A DNA stretch of 64,000 bases from Eledone cirrhosa (GCA_964016885.1 OZ024742.1:296174001-296238000); one strand, 5' to 3'. Positions 46,569-60,458 are shown, numbered from the stretch's first letter. Numbers and translations are program-made. Notes: generated by a model from the sequence alone, not told the origin.

Positions 46569-47439
46569 AACGTATGTCCGTAGAATCATTTGATAAGATA
46601 TATACACCATCTCCTCTCCCAATAAACAACAACCATCTATTCGCGATCAACAGCTATAGAATATTTACCCAGCACTTCAATAGCACGTGGAAATCGATTT
46701 AATATATCGTCAACCATACACAATTAGGTATAAAATTAAAGTTAGAAGAAAAAATGTATATAAACATACCAAGATTACGTTTCTACCCTATAGGGTTTCA
46801 TTCGCTTTTGGAAATATCCGATCAAGGATAAATTCACGAGCTTCGAAATCATCAGGAAACAAACTCACTTGGACGAAGATTTTTCTTAAATGATCCCCGC
46901 CAGAAACGAATTCAAAATGGCTAAGAACTGTGACGTGGCAGTGGTCAAGTCAGAAAGAATGTGATTGGTGCCTTACGGCGAGTAGGCTGGTTGCTAGAAA
47001 GCACAGCCTAATATTGCCTAAATTGCATCTCAACCTTATGGGAGATTATCAAATATAAAGATTTACATATACACAAACTAGACAAAGTCATATATATATA
47101 TATATATGTTTTTGGCAACCATTCACGATGTGGCTCAATGACGAATTAATTAATTAAATAATTAACAATCAGAGCAATATACAATAACGTATGTCCATAT
47201 ATATATATATATACGTATTGACAACATCATTAATCGAAGGGAGTTTGTGAAAATTTTCTTTGAAATACCTGTTGTATCGCAAACATCATCACATCTCTAT
47301 TGTATACTAAATGTTATCACAGAACTGAAAGTTGATAGTGACCGCTACATGTAGCCAGGCATGAATAATCGTGTTCAAGCGTGTGTCTGAAACAGTCTAA
47401 AAAAAATAGCCACCGAATGTTTCTGAAATCTACTTTGAG

Positions 47440-48760
47440 AAAGCCCACAGAACAAAGCAATTTGATTTGGTTTGTTGGCAATTATTTTAAAATTCCATTA
47501 GGATTTAAAAAGGCAACTCTTTATTCATTCATTACAAATTTCCGTCGTATCTTGTTTGTATCAGCATGTATTAACGATATATTTATTGCTGGTTTTAATG
47601 GGAAAAAAGGACAACTTGTGACAGTTTTCAAACGATTTGAAAAACACAAACTTGTCATGAACCTCATTAATTGTAGTTTTGGCGTCTCTTTTCTCGTATT
47701 CCTTAAACGACATATGAACAGTTACGGAATTCCACAAAATAGTTGCCATTAAATATCACTCTATTTTCTCACATCCATAAAACAATTGCTGAGATTTATT
47801 GCACTAGTAATCTTCTATCTTCATTTTATCTTAAATTGTGCCGAATAAATGTTTGATCTAACAGAATTGGTTTTAAATCTGCTGAGTTAAAATTAGATTT
47901 ATCACCTTCAGCTATTACAATGTATGATTGGGTGGAATTATATTCAACGGAAGCCAAGATGTTCAACGACATCAACCCAATAGCTAAGCTTTCTATAATG
48001 ACCTACGAATTAATGTATCTGTTCATGCTACACAACACTAAAAAGTTAATAACATTTTCCACCCAATAACTTCTTTTTCAAGGAAACTTAGCTTCCTCTG
48101 AAACTATTGCATTTTATCCTCATTCAGACTCGTACAAAGCTGGTAATAATAAGACTCCAAAAGCTGGTTATAGGCCCAGGGAAAAAATGTGAAATGTAAA
48201 CCACATTTTAAAATGCTCATTAATTATTCTAGAAATTCGTGCTACATGCATCATTTGTGGGTTATTCTTATATACATGTACATATAGTGTCCATAATGTA
48301 CATACGTGTAAGTGACAAAACAGATTAAAAGAACCCGAACTTGAGGTGAGTAGGTTTATGCAAGCAAACCTCACCGCCGGTCTGGTCTGTCCTACTCACA
48401 TATTAGAAGGAATTAGTTTTATAATATATACGGACCATTGATTTATAATTTAAGCATTATCTTTTAACTCCAGTAACTATTTTCCACGTAAAATCTGTCA
48501 GCTGGTCGTAATACGCTTTAACACATCCACTACCAACTTTCATTCACACCAGGTCTCCCTCCAGTCGAAGGATATCAATGTTGGTATTCTCAACGATATC
48601 GACCACTACATCGTATGGTGAAACACTTCTGGATCCGAAGCTGTCTCAAACCTCAGCGATAGAAAGGTTCTAAAATTACTGAATTGTGAAATTTAGAAAC
48701 TACGGGCTCAGACCCATTGCGTATCTTTTGTTACAGCTTTGGGTTGACTGAAGTTTTGCG
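47440..48760 (+). pseudogene. Highly degenerate Gypsy-type LTR retrotransposon pol remnant (RT-RNase H)
   Basis: IPLGFKKA (MPFGLKNA), CINDIFIA (YIDDILIA), NCSFG...FL..H...GI, QLLRFIALVIFY, FSRKL, YTDH. Confidence 0.65.
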
Positions 48761-49331
48761 ATTAAAACATTAGTAGCCACCATCGGATGGACAGCATTTG
48801 TGATTCAAGGGACATTCTTTGTCAAACACTGATACGCTGAATCTCTCAGACCGTAACATTAACGCCTTTGAGTAATTTCATGTTAGAAATGTATGTTCAA
48901 AACATCAGTTAAGTAATGAGAAATTTAATTATATTACTAGATACTTCCAATTATTTGAATATCAGTTTTTTTTTGAAAAATAAATATATAGTTCAGAAAG
49001 TGTTAAGGATATACACGTAATGCAGTTGAATTAAAAATGATTTGGTCATTGTTCCGACGCAGTGCACTTTCCGTTTACATCCTGTGAATGTCAACTTTGG
49101 CTTTCATCGTTTAGAGGTTGATAAATAAAGTGCCATCCTGTCCTGGCGTCGATGTTTAAGATCTTTTTCTCTCTCTCTAAGAAGAACAGGCTATCTTTAT
49201 GCTCCAGCAGGTATAACATGTTCAAAATATGCCGTGTATCGGGATCATTCTCCTACGACCTCAATCTTTTTTTTTTTTTTACTTATTTAACGCTGAGAAA
49301 CTGGGAAAATCGCTGTGTAGAAAGAAGCAAA

Positions 49332-49711
49332 TACTCTCGGGTCTCGAATTTATCACCCCTCACCCACCCGTTTATTAAGTTTTCAGATTTTTTCCATAAC
49401 CCCCCTCCGCCCTTAAATTTTGCTAATCTATCTCCGGCGAAATTTTATTTTAAGTGGTAGCTTTCCTGTGACATTACAAAAACATTATACATGACAAAAA
49501 AGAACATTACAAGAAATCCCATACGCTATAAAATAAATAAGATGGGTTGGGGGTCGTAAATATGTAAAGTAAACGACTAATTCTGGTTCTTCAAAGAATC
49601 AACGGAGACAACCTAGAAAAATTACCGATTCTCACCCCTGCTTATTCCAGCTCTACTGCTTGATCCCCACCTGATTATTCCCCGCCCCTCATTATTTGGG
49701 ACCCGTGAGTA
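49332..49711. mobile_element. MITE with TA ends (Tc1/mariner-pogo-like); related copy at ~54811-55121
   Basis: TACTCTCGGGTCTCGAAT ... ATTTGGGACCCGTGAGTA; second copy ACTATCAGGTCCCAAATAAT ... ATTATTCGTGATCTGAGAGTA. Confidence 0.6.
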
Positions 49712-50186
49712 GGTATTTTTAACTGTGTATGCTTTTCTCTATGAATTATGCTCGTATATTAAAAAGTCTTCTCGTGCATTTCTAACCTGCCTGTCTGGAA
49801 TTTCATTTCTTAATTAAGAGCTCCTCCGCAAGATCGGAGCATCGGCAGCCCGTCTGAGGAAAGAGCCTCGCGAGGTTGGGCGGCTGTTACAGCGGGTGTC
49901 ACTGACCATCGTCCACAGGAATGCTTTTGTCGTCTTGTTAGCGGGGCGCAGCACTTCTGTCCTTTTGTCCTAGGCCCAATCACCCTTCCCCTTCACCCTC
50001 CCCTCTGCGGCACCAGGGCTTTTGCCATCCCCTCCCCTTCCCGTTCTTTTTCTTTCCCTCTTTTTTTTCTATATTTCCCTATTCTTTCTTTCCTTTTATT
50101 TCCCCTCCCTGTTTTTTTTTATTTCTTACTAAATTTTATTTTAAAAATTAAGAATTAGCGATCATTTCGCACACGAACTATATCAA

Positions 50187-50231
<45 letters not shown>

Positions 50232-50462
50232 TGCGCGCATACACGCATGAGTACCTACCATTGTGGGACATTTCATATACACATAAATATAAACCACCTA
50301 CCCTACTGTGTTTTTTCCTGCGGTTACCGCCACAGTTATTGATTCGTTTACTTATATATGTCAGACCACTTCCCTATCGACCCATGCATCGACGTGTCAG
50401 ACTGTCTATCTATCTGACTAATTATATGACATATATATATATGTTCTTCTGGTTTTATAATT

Positions 50463-53400
50463 TCACAGGGTTATGGGCCAAAAATTACTAATATCGTCCC
50501 CCTTGTTCTCGTCCTTCCTCACTAGTGAGACTACTCCCTTGGGTACAGACCGGGAAATTCCCCCCGCTCTGTTGCCAGTTGCAGTAGACTGCCTCGAGGA
50601 GATCGGAGAACAATCCAGCATGCTAATATAGAATTCGTAGGGCAGACCATCGAGGCCTGGAGATTTGCGCTTGCCGCATAGGCTTAGCACGCTCCCTATT
50701 TCAGCAACTGAGATCGGCCCCTCACAGGACCTCGCCTCCTCGTCCGAAAGACGCGGCAGGCCGTCGAGGTATGGACCGAAATCCCCCCCCCCCCCCCGCC
50801 CCTCCCGAACAATTGGGCGAAGTACCCGTGAAAGGCCTCACATCTGCTCAGGTTCAAGGATCGTCCGTCCATCCTGGTCTCGCAAAGACCGGATGGTGGA
50901 TTTAATTCCACTCTTGGCTCTGTCACGCTGGCCCAGCTAACAGCTTTGGTCCCCTCGTTTCCTAGCGCACGTATTTTGCTTCGGACGACGCAGCCTTCGT
51001 GCTTCGCGTCGAAAAACTGGCTCAAGGCCGTTCTCGACGCTAGCACTTTAGCCACGTCTCCGCTCCTAAATGCTTCTTCTACATTAGGTATCAACTCCCT
51101 TTCCTTTCTATTCTTATCCGAGGCTAGTTCCTATCGACACTAATCTAATCTCTCTCTTGAGATATACCCACCACCTGCTGTTGACGACTACACCCGTCAA
51201 CCGTTCCTTAACTAAAGTACTAATCCGGTTCCTGTAAGCTCCCCTTGCCGGTAAGGACAAGTTGAGCTTCCAGTAACCGGGTCCCTGTCTGTGGGTTCTA
51301 TCAAGATTGACCATACAGGTCACTAGTTTGTGATCTGAATAGTCAACCATGCTGTTGACGACTGCACCCGTCAACCGTTCCTTAACTAAAGTACTAATTC
51401 GGTTCCTGTAAGCTCCCCTTGCCGGTAAGGACAAGTTGAGCTTCCAGTAACCGGGTCCCTGTCTATGGGTTATATCAAGGTTGACCATACAGGTCACTAG
51501 TTTGTGATCTGAATAGTCAACCATGAGCATACCTGGACAACTTATTAGGTCCCTATCCTTAACTCTAACTAACATCCTATCTAACTACGATCTAGATTGT
51601 CCGGTGCGGTTGGTCCAAGTCCAGGTTGGGGTATTCGGACAATCTAGTCGAAATCTATCGGCCAGGTCAAATCGGCAGAGTTACTCCTTCAGGCTTTGAC
51701 ACCCCTCTCTATCGGGACATGCCCCTGCAGCGTGCATCTAGGATACCATTCTAGTCCCCCACTAAAAGCAGGGAACGGGACGTCCCTAGAAAAGTCTCCA
51801 GGCGCCGGAAGAAGTCGGGACGCTCTGCCCCGAAGGGGGCGTAAACGGCCACCAGCCCAAAGGCCTCGCCTTCACCACTGTCAACGTCCAGCACCAGCAA
51901 TAGACCTCCCGGGTCCGAGTGAACAATCTGTGCGGCGAGACCCAGATGTTTCTGCAGCAGTACGACAACCCCACCCCCACCTCTGGGCTGACAGAGAGAT
52001 GCGTGCATCTCAAAGTCATCGAAGGCGGGGGCCAGCTGTCGTATGCTGCTGATCCGGGACTCGCAAATCGCCATCACATCACGTTTTGAAGCTTAGTTTG
52101 CTTCCAAGCTGAGCCCACGCCACGCACATTCAGACAGCCAACTCTCAATCGAGTCATGTTTGAGCTAGAGTAAAGAAAAGGGGTCGCCTACCTCACTGCG
52201 CCGCATGGACCGGGCTGCACAACTTCCATGGGGGTGGTGTTGTTGGGTGGGGTGGTGTTGGGGTATTAGAGTGTGGTGGGGTTGGGGTGTTTGGAGTTGA
52301 GCGGGTGTTTGGAGTGGGGAAATCATTTAGGAGGACGCGATTGATCGGTTTCACACAGGGTGGTGCTACGTCCTCCAGGTAAGTTTTTCTGAGCGTTCTA
52401 TAAATGTCCAGAGGGACTTTTACCATTTTTAGTTTAGGGTGTCTCTCTGCGATTTTAAAGTCAGACCCTACGGTTTGTACCGCAGGGTTATTATGTATTA
52501 TGTTGCGTAATTGTTTGTTTTCTTTGTTGATGTATGTATAGTATATTTGTGTGGATGTGTTTGGTTCTTGATTAGTTGTGGTCGTTATGTTTTAGGTTGC
52601 TGTTTGTGTGTGTGTAATGTGTTTGCGTTTTTTCTTTTTATTAATTGGAAAGAACCTCCTTCGTCCTGGGACGTTTGGATGTCCTCCTCCGAATTGGCAG
52701 GTTGGGGGATATTTTGCGGCAGTATTGTGTCGTTGCGTTTATTTGAGTTTGTGGGTGGGACTGTTTTGTTTTGCGTTTTCTTATTTTTGTTGTTGTGGTG
52801 GTGCTGTAGTTTGTTGTTTTTGTGGTGATGGTGGTGTTTGTGTTTGGTGCGTGTTTGTTTTCTGTGTGGGTGGTACATTGTTCCGTATCTTGGTGGTTTG
52901 TTTTTGTTGACGTTGTGGCACTGTTGGTGGTGTTGTTTGTTGTTTTTGTGGTGGAGGTGGTGGTGTATTTTGTGTAATTGTTGTTGGTGTGGGTAATAAT
53001 GGCGTTGTTCTTTTTTGGACAGACAGCCCTCACATGCCCTCTGAGGCAACAGAGAAAACAGGAGGGTCGCCTCCCCTCAACGATAATGTTTATGGGGGTT
53101 TTATCCCCTAGGGTGACGCGTTCAGGGATTTGAGCAATCCTTTCGGGCCTCATTTGCACTATGAGTTCGAGCCCCGTTCCATTGAACGCGTCACCCGAAG
53201 CCTTTCCTATGGCAATTAGAATGTCGTCGTTTAGATCCAGTAAGCCGGTTAGGACCCACCAGTAGTCCATGACGGGTATCAAGCTATGGACTTTTATTTT
53301 TTGCGTCCTTCTACCCATGTATGTTGGGTAGAAGGTGTACGCTGCTGACACCAACGGCCTCACTGACAGCTCCTCGGCCGCTTCCTTTGTTTTCATTAGT

Positions 53401-54292
53401 ACGGACAAACTTCCGTACAATTTGTCTTTTTCGATAAAGACCACATTTCTCATTTTCTCTCTTAGGACCAACTCAATGTCTTTTTGTGTTGGTTGTGTTG
53501 GTTTCTGGGTGTTATTAGATATCGTTCTGAATGCCACTGTATTCAGTTCTTTTTGTTTCAGCCATTCCAGGGGGAGGGGGGTATTGTAAAAGCCCCGTTT
53601 CCTCCCTGAACTATGTACTGCTTAGCTTCTGCCAGCAACCTCTTTGCGTTACTAATGTACTGCTGTACGTATTCTATTGATTTCCTTGCCGTCTGGGCGA
53701 AGGAAATTTTTTTTGTTGGCTGCTTTCTTCTGTTTTGCTGTTGTCGTTTGTTGTGTTTTGTTTGTTAGTGCTGTCGTTATTTGTATTATTATTTACATCT
53801 TGCTGGCCTTGTGCCAAAAGTAGAAATAATTATTATTTACATCTTCAATGTTTGGCGTTGTGTTCAAGTTGGTGTTTGCATTTGAGAGGGGAGGAGTAGG
53901 TTTAGTTTCTTGTGATTCTTTTTCCTTTTCTTTTGTGGGTGTGGCAGTTTTTCCATTTTTTCTGGTTATGGCATCTGTTGTTTTTGTTGTTATCATTATT
54001 ATTTTTTCCAGGCAATTGTTATTAGTTTTATCCCTTTCCGTTGGCATGTTGTCCGTGGACTTAATGGGTGTTGTTGACATTTTTTCCGACATAATTTGTT
54101 TCTTAAACCCCCCAAAGGGGCAAGAATATACAAAATATTGCCACTCGCGTACCAGTGTAGGCGAGTGGCTACAATATTCATTAAGAAACAAAGTTTAACT
54201 TACAGAATAACAAGTAAAAAGGTAACAGCAAAAAGATAACAAGTAAAATAATCCAAAATTCGCAGTAGAAGAAAAGCACGTCTGACTCCGAA
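50463..54292 (-). mobile_element. L1/Tx1-clade LINE, 5' portion (ORF1, APE, start of RT), 3'-truncated and degenerate
   Basis: ORF1 with CFLCCLRGHVRAVC zinc knuckle; APE motifs GCLNVRG, YAP..LLLVGD, SDHKLV, GPGYWKLN; RT start KSPGLDGLPYEFY, NFWPITL. Confidence 0.85.
52641..53537 (-). pseudogene. L1/Tx1 ORF1 (gag-like, CCHC knuckle)
   Basis: EGRRPSCFLCCLRGHVRAVCPK followed by a T/N-rich low-complexity tail. Confidence 0.75.
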
Positions 54293-54295
54293 TTA

Positions 54296-54805
54296 CCGTG
54301 TAGTAGATATAGAGAGGAGAAGAGTTTGGCGTTGCTTGAAATAGAGAAGAGTTTGTGAGAGAAATCCGTGGTGAAGATATACAGAGGGGGAGAGTTTGGT
54401 TTTAATTGATATAGAGAGGAGTATTGGAAAAGAGTTCAGTGTAGTAGATATATAGAGAAGGAGAGTTTGGTGCAAATTGATATATAGAGGAGTATTGTAA
54501 GAGAGTTCCATGTAGTAGATACAGAGAGGGAGAGAGTTTGGTGTAAAATGATATAGAGAGGGGGATTGGAAGCGAGTTCCGTTTAGTAGATATAGAGTGG
54601 TGGAATTCGGTGAGTGTAGATATACAGAGACGGATTATGGGAGAGTGTCGTTTAGTAGATATAGGGAGAGGGGAGAGTTTAGGGGTGATTGATATACAGA
54701 GAGGGGTTGGCAAAAATAAGTGTAGATATTTATAGAAAGCGAGAGAGTGTATTAGTCTTGGATGTAGAGGCGGTGTCGGCATAGATATAGAGAGGATGTG
54801 AGTTT
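54296..54805. repeat. Degenerate purine-rich minisatellite
   Basis: Recurrent unit similar to GTAGATATAGAGAGG(A/G)GAGAGTTT, about 30-37 nt. Confidence 0.7.
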
Positions 54806-55773
54806 GGTGGAACTATCAGGTCCCAAATAATAGAAGGGTTAGCAATAATGGTGTGCGGGCTTGGGACATCGGTAGTTGTATAGTGTACGTACGTAAATAT
54901 GAGATTTCTTGTAATGTTTGTTTTCGTCATATCTAATTTTTTTTTAAATATAAAAAACTAAATTATTAGATTCTCCAGCTGCTGTATCAATATAAATCAC
55001 TTGCAATAAAATTTTGCCGGTGATAGATAAACAAAATTTAATAAGAAGTGAGGTAGGATAAAAACCGGGTGGTGGGGAATCTGAGAAATTAATAAGCGGG
55101 ATTATTCGTGATCTGAGAGTACGTGAATTATTGACGGACGTAAGGATCAAATATTCATTTATTATGGCTAAGCCATGTCACCCTGGACTCTCACCTGCGT
55201 ACTCACAGGATAATCAGACAAGACTGGTGATCCTGTGAGTGCTTAGCTGAAACTTTAGAGTAACAAAGCCCACCAATAGCCATAATAAATGAATGTATGT
55301 ATATATATATATATATATTTAAATATATATATATATGTATATAGGAGATGAATAAATTGGGTATAATACCAATACTGCGGGGGGGGGGGGGGGGGGGGCG
55401 TCATGCGTCCTCCAATTACATTTTCTCTCCAAACTACCAAAACACACATCTATTTGGATATGCGCCACAATGTATGTACATGTTATGTTTATTATCGCAT
55501 ATCGAAGTTTTCTGACCATTTTAGAGTGCAAAGAGCTAAACTAATCACTACAACTAAATTGTCCCAATACCCGCCCCGACACCAATTCAGAAATGGTTCC
55601 ACCGCTCCTGTATATATATGTATATATATATATATATATATACACAGACAAAACAAACAAAACAAGCAAGACTGTTAATCGTATATTTAATATTGATTAT
55701 CAACTCGAAAAGTGTTTACGTTTTATTTTGCCCAAAATAGTGGTTTTCTCAACTTGACTGAACTTTTATATAC

Positions 55774-55813
<40 letters not shown>

Positions 55814-56119
55814 TTTATTGTGGCTAAGTAATGAGTCATATATATATATGTGTGTGTAAGTGTGTGTAGCAATATCCGCAGATGTGAAAAGAAAAAAGGA
55901 AAACTATGTTCAATCGTGAAGTTTAAAGACTATCTTATAAACTCGAGGTTAGCCCCTGAAGAAAGGTCACTATTTTTGACGCCTCTTCTTTTCTGGAGGT
56001 ATGGTAAAATTTGGGTTTTGAAATCTTGGGTAGTGCCTTTATTCTGTGTATGAACATAAATAAATAATATAATATATTATAATATAACATAATATAATAT
56101 TATATATATAGATCTAAAA

Positions 56120-56299
56120 AGTCTAAAGTCTGTCTTAAGCCAGAAGAGTCATTTGGCTGGTGCTTATCCCGGTTTCTTGGCGTGTAGCGATTGAGAGTAC
56201 AAGACTCCCCGCCCCAGGACAGGATGCCAGTCCATCGCAGGGTTAAACCCCCATCTATTGCTGGTACTCATTTTCAGCTGAGTATACTGGAGCTACGTG

Positions 56300-56303
<4 letters not shown>
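56120..56303 (-). mobile_element. 5'-truncated SINE with a conserved central domain (Meta/V-like)
   Basis: Minus strand CTCAGCTGAAAATGAGTACC..CCTGCGATGGACTGGCATCCTGTCC, ending in AGACTTT repeats. Confidence 0.55.
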
Positions 56304-56336
<33 letters not shown>

Positions 56337-56341
<5 letters not shown>

Positions 56342-56527
56342 AACCAGTAAGACCCCGACGGCTGAGCTCAAGCCGTTTCGACGGCTAATTCTGAATTAGC
56401 CGTCGAAACGGCTTGAGCTCAGCCGTCGGGGTCTTACTGGTTCCTATTACCCACTCTACTACCCCAAGTATTGAGTACTTTGGTGCGTTATGGTCCACCT
56501 GGTTCCTTACCACATTTCCTTCGTTAT
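56337..56527. mobile_element. Mini inverted insertion of the 512-4358 PLE family terminus
   Basis: Palindrome centred at about 56392; the left arm ends at the TTCCTAT end and the right arm at the CTTCGTTAT end. Confidence 0.85.
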
Positions 56528-57050
56528 ATATATATATATATATATTGTTGTACTTTGGGAGGGTCATGTTGCCAATAAGAAACACACGCACCAGTTGCTA
56601 TCACTTCAATTTAATTTATTATATATTTATAAATTTACAAATTTATAAATTTCTGGTTGGTTGGTTGGTTCCACAACCAGATAGTTGTTTATATATATAT
56701 AGTCATAGTTCTTTCGTCACACATTCTGTGACCTCTTCAGTGACTGGGGATTTCTTTCTTCGTTTCTGTGCCTTTCCTTTCTTCTATCCTACGCCATTTT
56801 GTCTGTGTGTGGGTTGCGTGCTCAGTTTGCGCATGCGCCACATCCGGGTGTCTGTGTGTGTTTGTGTTCATTTTTCTATTTTTCTATTTATATTTTTCTA
56901 CTTGTTTGTTTATTTATTTATTTATTGTTGGTTGGTTGTTTGTTCTATGTGTGTGTGTGTTTTCATTTTGTCTTGTGTGTGTTTTCATTTTGTGTGTGTT
57001 TTCAATTGTAAGTTGTTTGTTCTATGTGTGTGTGTGTTTTCATTTTGTCC

Positions 57051-58215
57051 TTAATTGTAAGTTGTGATGTTGCTGTTCCACTCATATTTTCTATTTAATT
57101 TTGGTTTTAATTCTTTTATGCTTACTGCCTCTGTAATTTGCCTAACCATTGCGTCTTTCTTGTGAGTGGATTCTATTTTTATTTCTATGCTCTCTAATTT
57201 ACCCCTGTGTTCTATCTTAGCATGTTGGTAGAGCACAGATGATTCTTTATTATCTTGGAGGTCTCGCCAGTGTTCATTTATTCGTTCCCCTATACTACGA
57301 GCTGTCTCACCTATGTACACTATATTTTTGTTTCTACATTGTCCTTCAGTACATCTTATGCTATATACTACATTTCTAGTTTTACAGTTAATATGGGGGC
57401 TTATTTTACAGGTTATACATTTCTTATCTATACATGAGGGTCTTTGGAACGGGTATGTCGTGCTAATAAGTGTTTTTACGGAGGTACCAGGTCTTTCTAC
57501 TATCTTAATATTGAGATTATGTTTCTTTAGGGCCCTTCTAAATTTGTAGGCTAGTTCGCCTCTAGGGGTTGTATTGATGAACATTACACTCTGGTATTTA
57601 TTGCTATCATACCATGAGTTTATTCTATTGGCCTTGTTCTTAGTTCTTTCTATTCTATTCCAAAATTTGCTCCTATACAAGGGGCAGGTCCCATTTATGT
57701 CATTATTTACCATTTTTTCCCATTTGGTTCTGGCTCCTTTATACACTCTGATTCTATCTCTCTGATTGTAGCCAGAGAACTGCATACGGTGGATGAAGTG
57801 TTGTATGTGTCTCTCTAGTTTTTCGGGGTTGCACATGCGGGACACATTTCTCATCACCCGTACCAAATCCGCAATCAGTATGTTGATTTTGGTATGGTTC
57901 GAAATGGCCGAGTTTCGGTGGATCAGATGTTTGGAAGTCATGGGTTTGGCATAATGGGAATGGAGGATTTGTTTTTTGTTGTTAATGGTATCTAACCAGA
58001 GCTCTGTGTCTAGTACAGGTAATCGATGGTTGGGGTGTTTACTTGGGTAGTCTATAGTAACTCTAATGCTCTGGTGGATGGAGTTTGCTATTTGCTGGAT
58101 GCTTTCCATTGTGTTTTTCTCTAGTTCCTGACTGTTCTCTAGTGGGGGTGTCTTAACTACGATGTTTATATCATCTACGTAGCGGGAGTACATTATCAGG
58201 GTTAAGCTGTCTTCT
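57051..58215 (-). pseudogene. PLE RT C-half, ZnF and GIY-YIG (open frame, 5'-truncated)
   Basis: RYVDD, LPVLD, YAKP, SGY, CIDKKCITC, NVVYSIRC, YIGETARS, RQITEAV, LNRKYEWN. Confidence 0.9.
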
Positions 58216-58938
58216 AATTAGCAAGACATACCCGTTCCAAAGACCCTCATGTATAGATAAGAAATGTATAACCTGTAAAATAAGCCCCCATATTAACTGT
58301 AAAACTAGAAATGTAGTATATAGCATAAGATGTACTGAAGGACAATGTAGAAACAAAAATATAGTGTACATAGGTGAGACAGCTCGTAGTATAGGGGAAC
58401 GAATAAATGAACACTGGCGAGACCTCCAAGATAATAAATAATCATCTGTGCTCTACCAACATGCTAAGATAGAACACGGGGGTAAATTAGAGAGCATAGA
58501 AATAAAAATAGAATCCACACACAAGAAAGACGCAATGTTTAGGCAAATTACAGAGGCAGTAAGCATAAAAGAATTAAAACCAAAATTAAATAGAAAATAT
58601 GAGTGGAACAGCAACATCACAACTTACAATTAAGGACAAAATGAAAACACACACACACATAGAACAAACAACTTACAATTGAAAACACACACAAAATGAA
58701 AACACACACAAGACAAAATGAAAACACACACACACATAGAACAAACAACCAACCAACAATAAATAAATAAATAAACAAACAAATAGAAAAATATAAATAG
58801 AAAAATAGAAAAATGAACACAAACACACACAGACACCCGGATGTGGCGCATGCGCAAACTGAGCACGCAACCCACACACAAACAAAATGGCGTAGGATAG
58901 AAGAAAGGAAAGGCACAGAAACGAAGAAAGAAATCCCC

Positions 58939-58983
58939 AGTCACTGAAGAGGTCACAGAATGTGTGACGAAAGAACTATGACT
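58939..58983 (+). ncRNA. Minimal type I hammerhead (copies at 56701-56745 -, 41208-41250 +, 40004-40046 -)
   Basis: AGTCA CTGAAGA G GTCACA-GAATG-TGTGAC GAA AGAACT A TGACT. Confidence 0.82.
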
Positions 58984-59196
58984 ATATATATATAAACAAC
59001 TATCTGGTTGTGGAACCAACCAACCAACCAGAAATTTATAAATTTGTAAATTTATAAATATATAATAAATTAAATTGAAGTGATAGCAACTGGTGCGTGT
59101 GTTTCTTATTGGCAACATGACCCTCCCAAAGTACAACAATATCGGTTTCAACACACGATTTCAGATAAAGAATCTTGCTAAACAAATTCAGAAACG

Positions 59197-59245
<49 letters not shown>

Positions 59246-59726
59246 CACCCATCCCATCCCAAATTGCTGGCTTCATGCCTAAATTAGACAGCTTATACAT
59301 AAACATATTGTATATGCTTTTATATAGACCGCTTATTATAAAACATAAAATGTACAAAATAAAAAAATGAAACCTATCTAAGCATCTATTGAAAAGAAAT
59401 AATTCAAATTATATAGTATTTTAAAAGAAATATCCTGTTTTCACCAACATTTGGTTAGTTTAGTTTTTTTTTTATCTCTGTGAATAATTTTGAACTTAAA
59501 ACTGTGTTTTGCTTTATTCTGACAATTATGTAAAGGTTTCTATAATAACATCAACATTTCTTTTCAATTTCCTCACGTTCAATGATAAGGGCTTCGAGGC
59601 GAGGATAACTATGTGTGTGTACAGTTGGTTGCAGTTATACATATGTGACCCCACATAACATGTGTATATATATATATACACGCATATTCACACGCATATA
59701 TATATATATATACACGCATATACACA

Positions 59727-59808
<82 letters not shown>

Positions 59809-60127
59809 AGAGGTGTTAGGGGTGTATATGAAAATATATATAAACATATACTATATATTGATATACAATAAACATATGGTTAGCCTCGCTTAAAAGCCAA
59901 TACACATGTACACACACACACACATATTGGAAAAAAAATTGTGAAATTATAAAACCAGAAGAATATACATAGAATATATGTATAAATTGACAAAAGTCCA
60001 TCTCGACGGCTGAAGATCTGTATCTTTCGTTAACATTTTTATTTTCCAAATTTTTTTTTAAGGTTTCCCCTTGTTTTCATTTGTTGTCTTTCCTTTGTTA
60101 ATTTTCCTAAGTTTATATATATATATA

Positions 60128-60413
60128 AACTTAGTTCTGCAGAGTCTGCACTTGTTATCACATCTAGGTGTTTTGCCTGCATCCCTATCTCTTTTGTGAA
60201 TCAGGTATTTCGTGTTAATCTCCTGTTCTTGGATTGCAAAAGCGTATCCTTCAAAATGGGAGCCAATATAGCGGTTGTTGCTCCAAGATAGACTACTTTC
60301 CTTATCTATATTACTCTCATTCTGGAGCTTCCTGGCAACATATCCATGCATGATTTTTGCTGATAAGCATGCAGTTTTTCATCCATGGATTCACTGTGAT
60401 ACTGTTGAGCGAC

Positions 60414-60415
<2 letters not shown>
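60128..60415 (-). mobile_element. R4/Dong-clade LINE fragment (region before the zinc knuckle)
   Basis: MHG...IDKESSLSW...FEGYAFAIQEQEINT...DNKCRLC. Confidence 0.8.

Positions 60416-60454
<39 letters not shown>

Positions 60455-60458
<4 letters not shown>

Larger units (their letters stand above)
56543..59200. mobile_element. Neptune/Nematis-like PLE, 5'-truncated, with ~930-bp inverted arm
   Basis: Arms at about 56543-57468 and 58216-59141; the right arm extends ~60 nt; hammerheads at 56701-56745 (-) and 58939-58983 (+). Confidence 0.92.

Noticed and set aside
54296-54805. CRISPR-like array
   Set aside because: Degenerate low-complexity units without unique spacers or cas genes, in a eukaryotic context.
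55951-56036. CTGAAGA...GAAA hammerhead-like motif
   Set aside because: Stems I and III are mismatched; at most a decayed relic.
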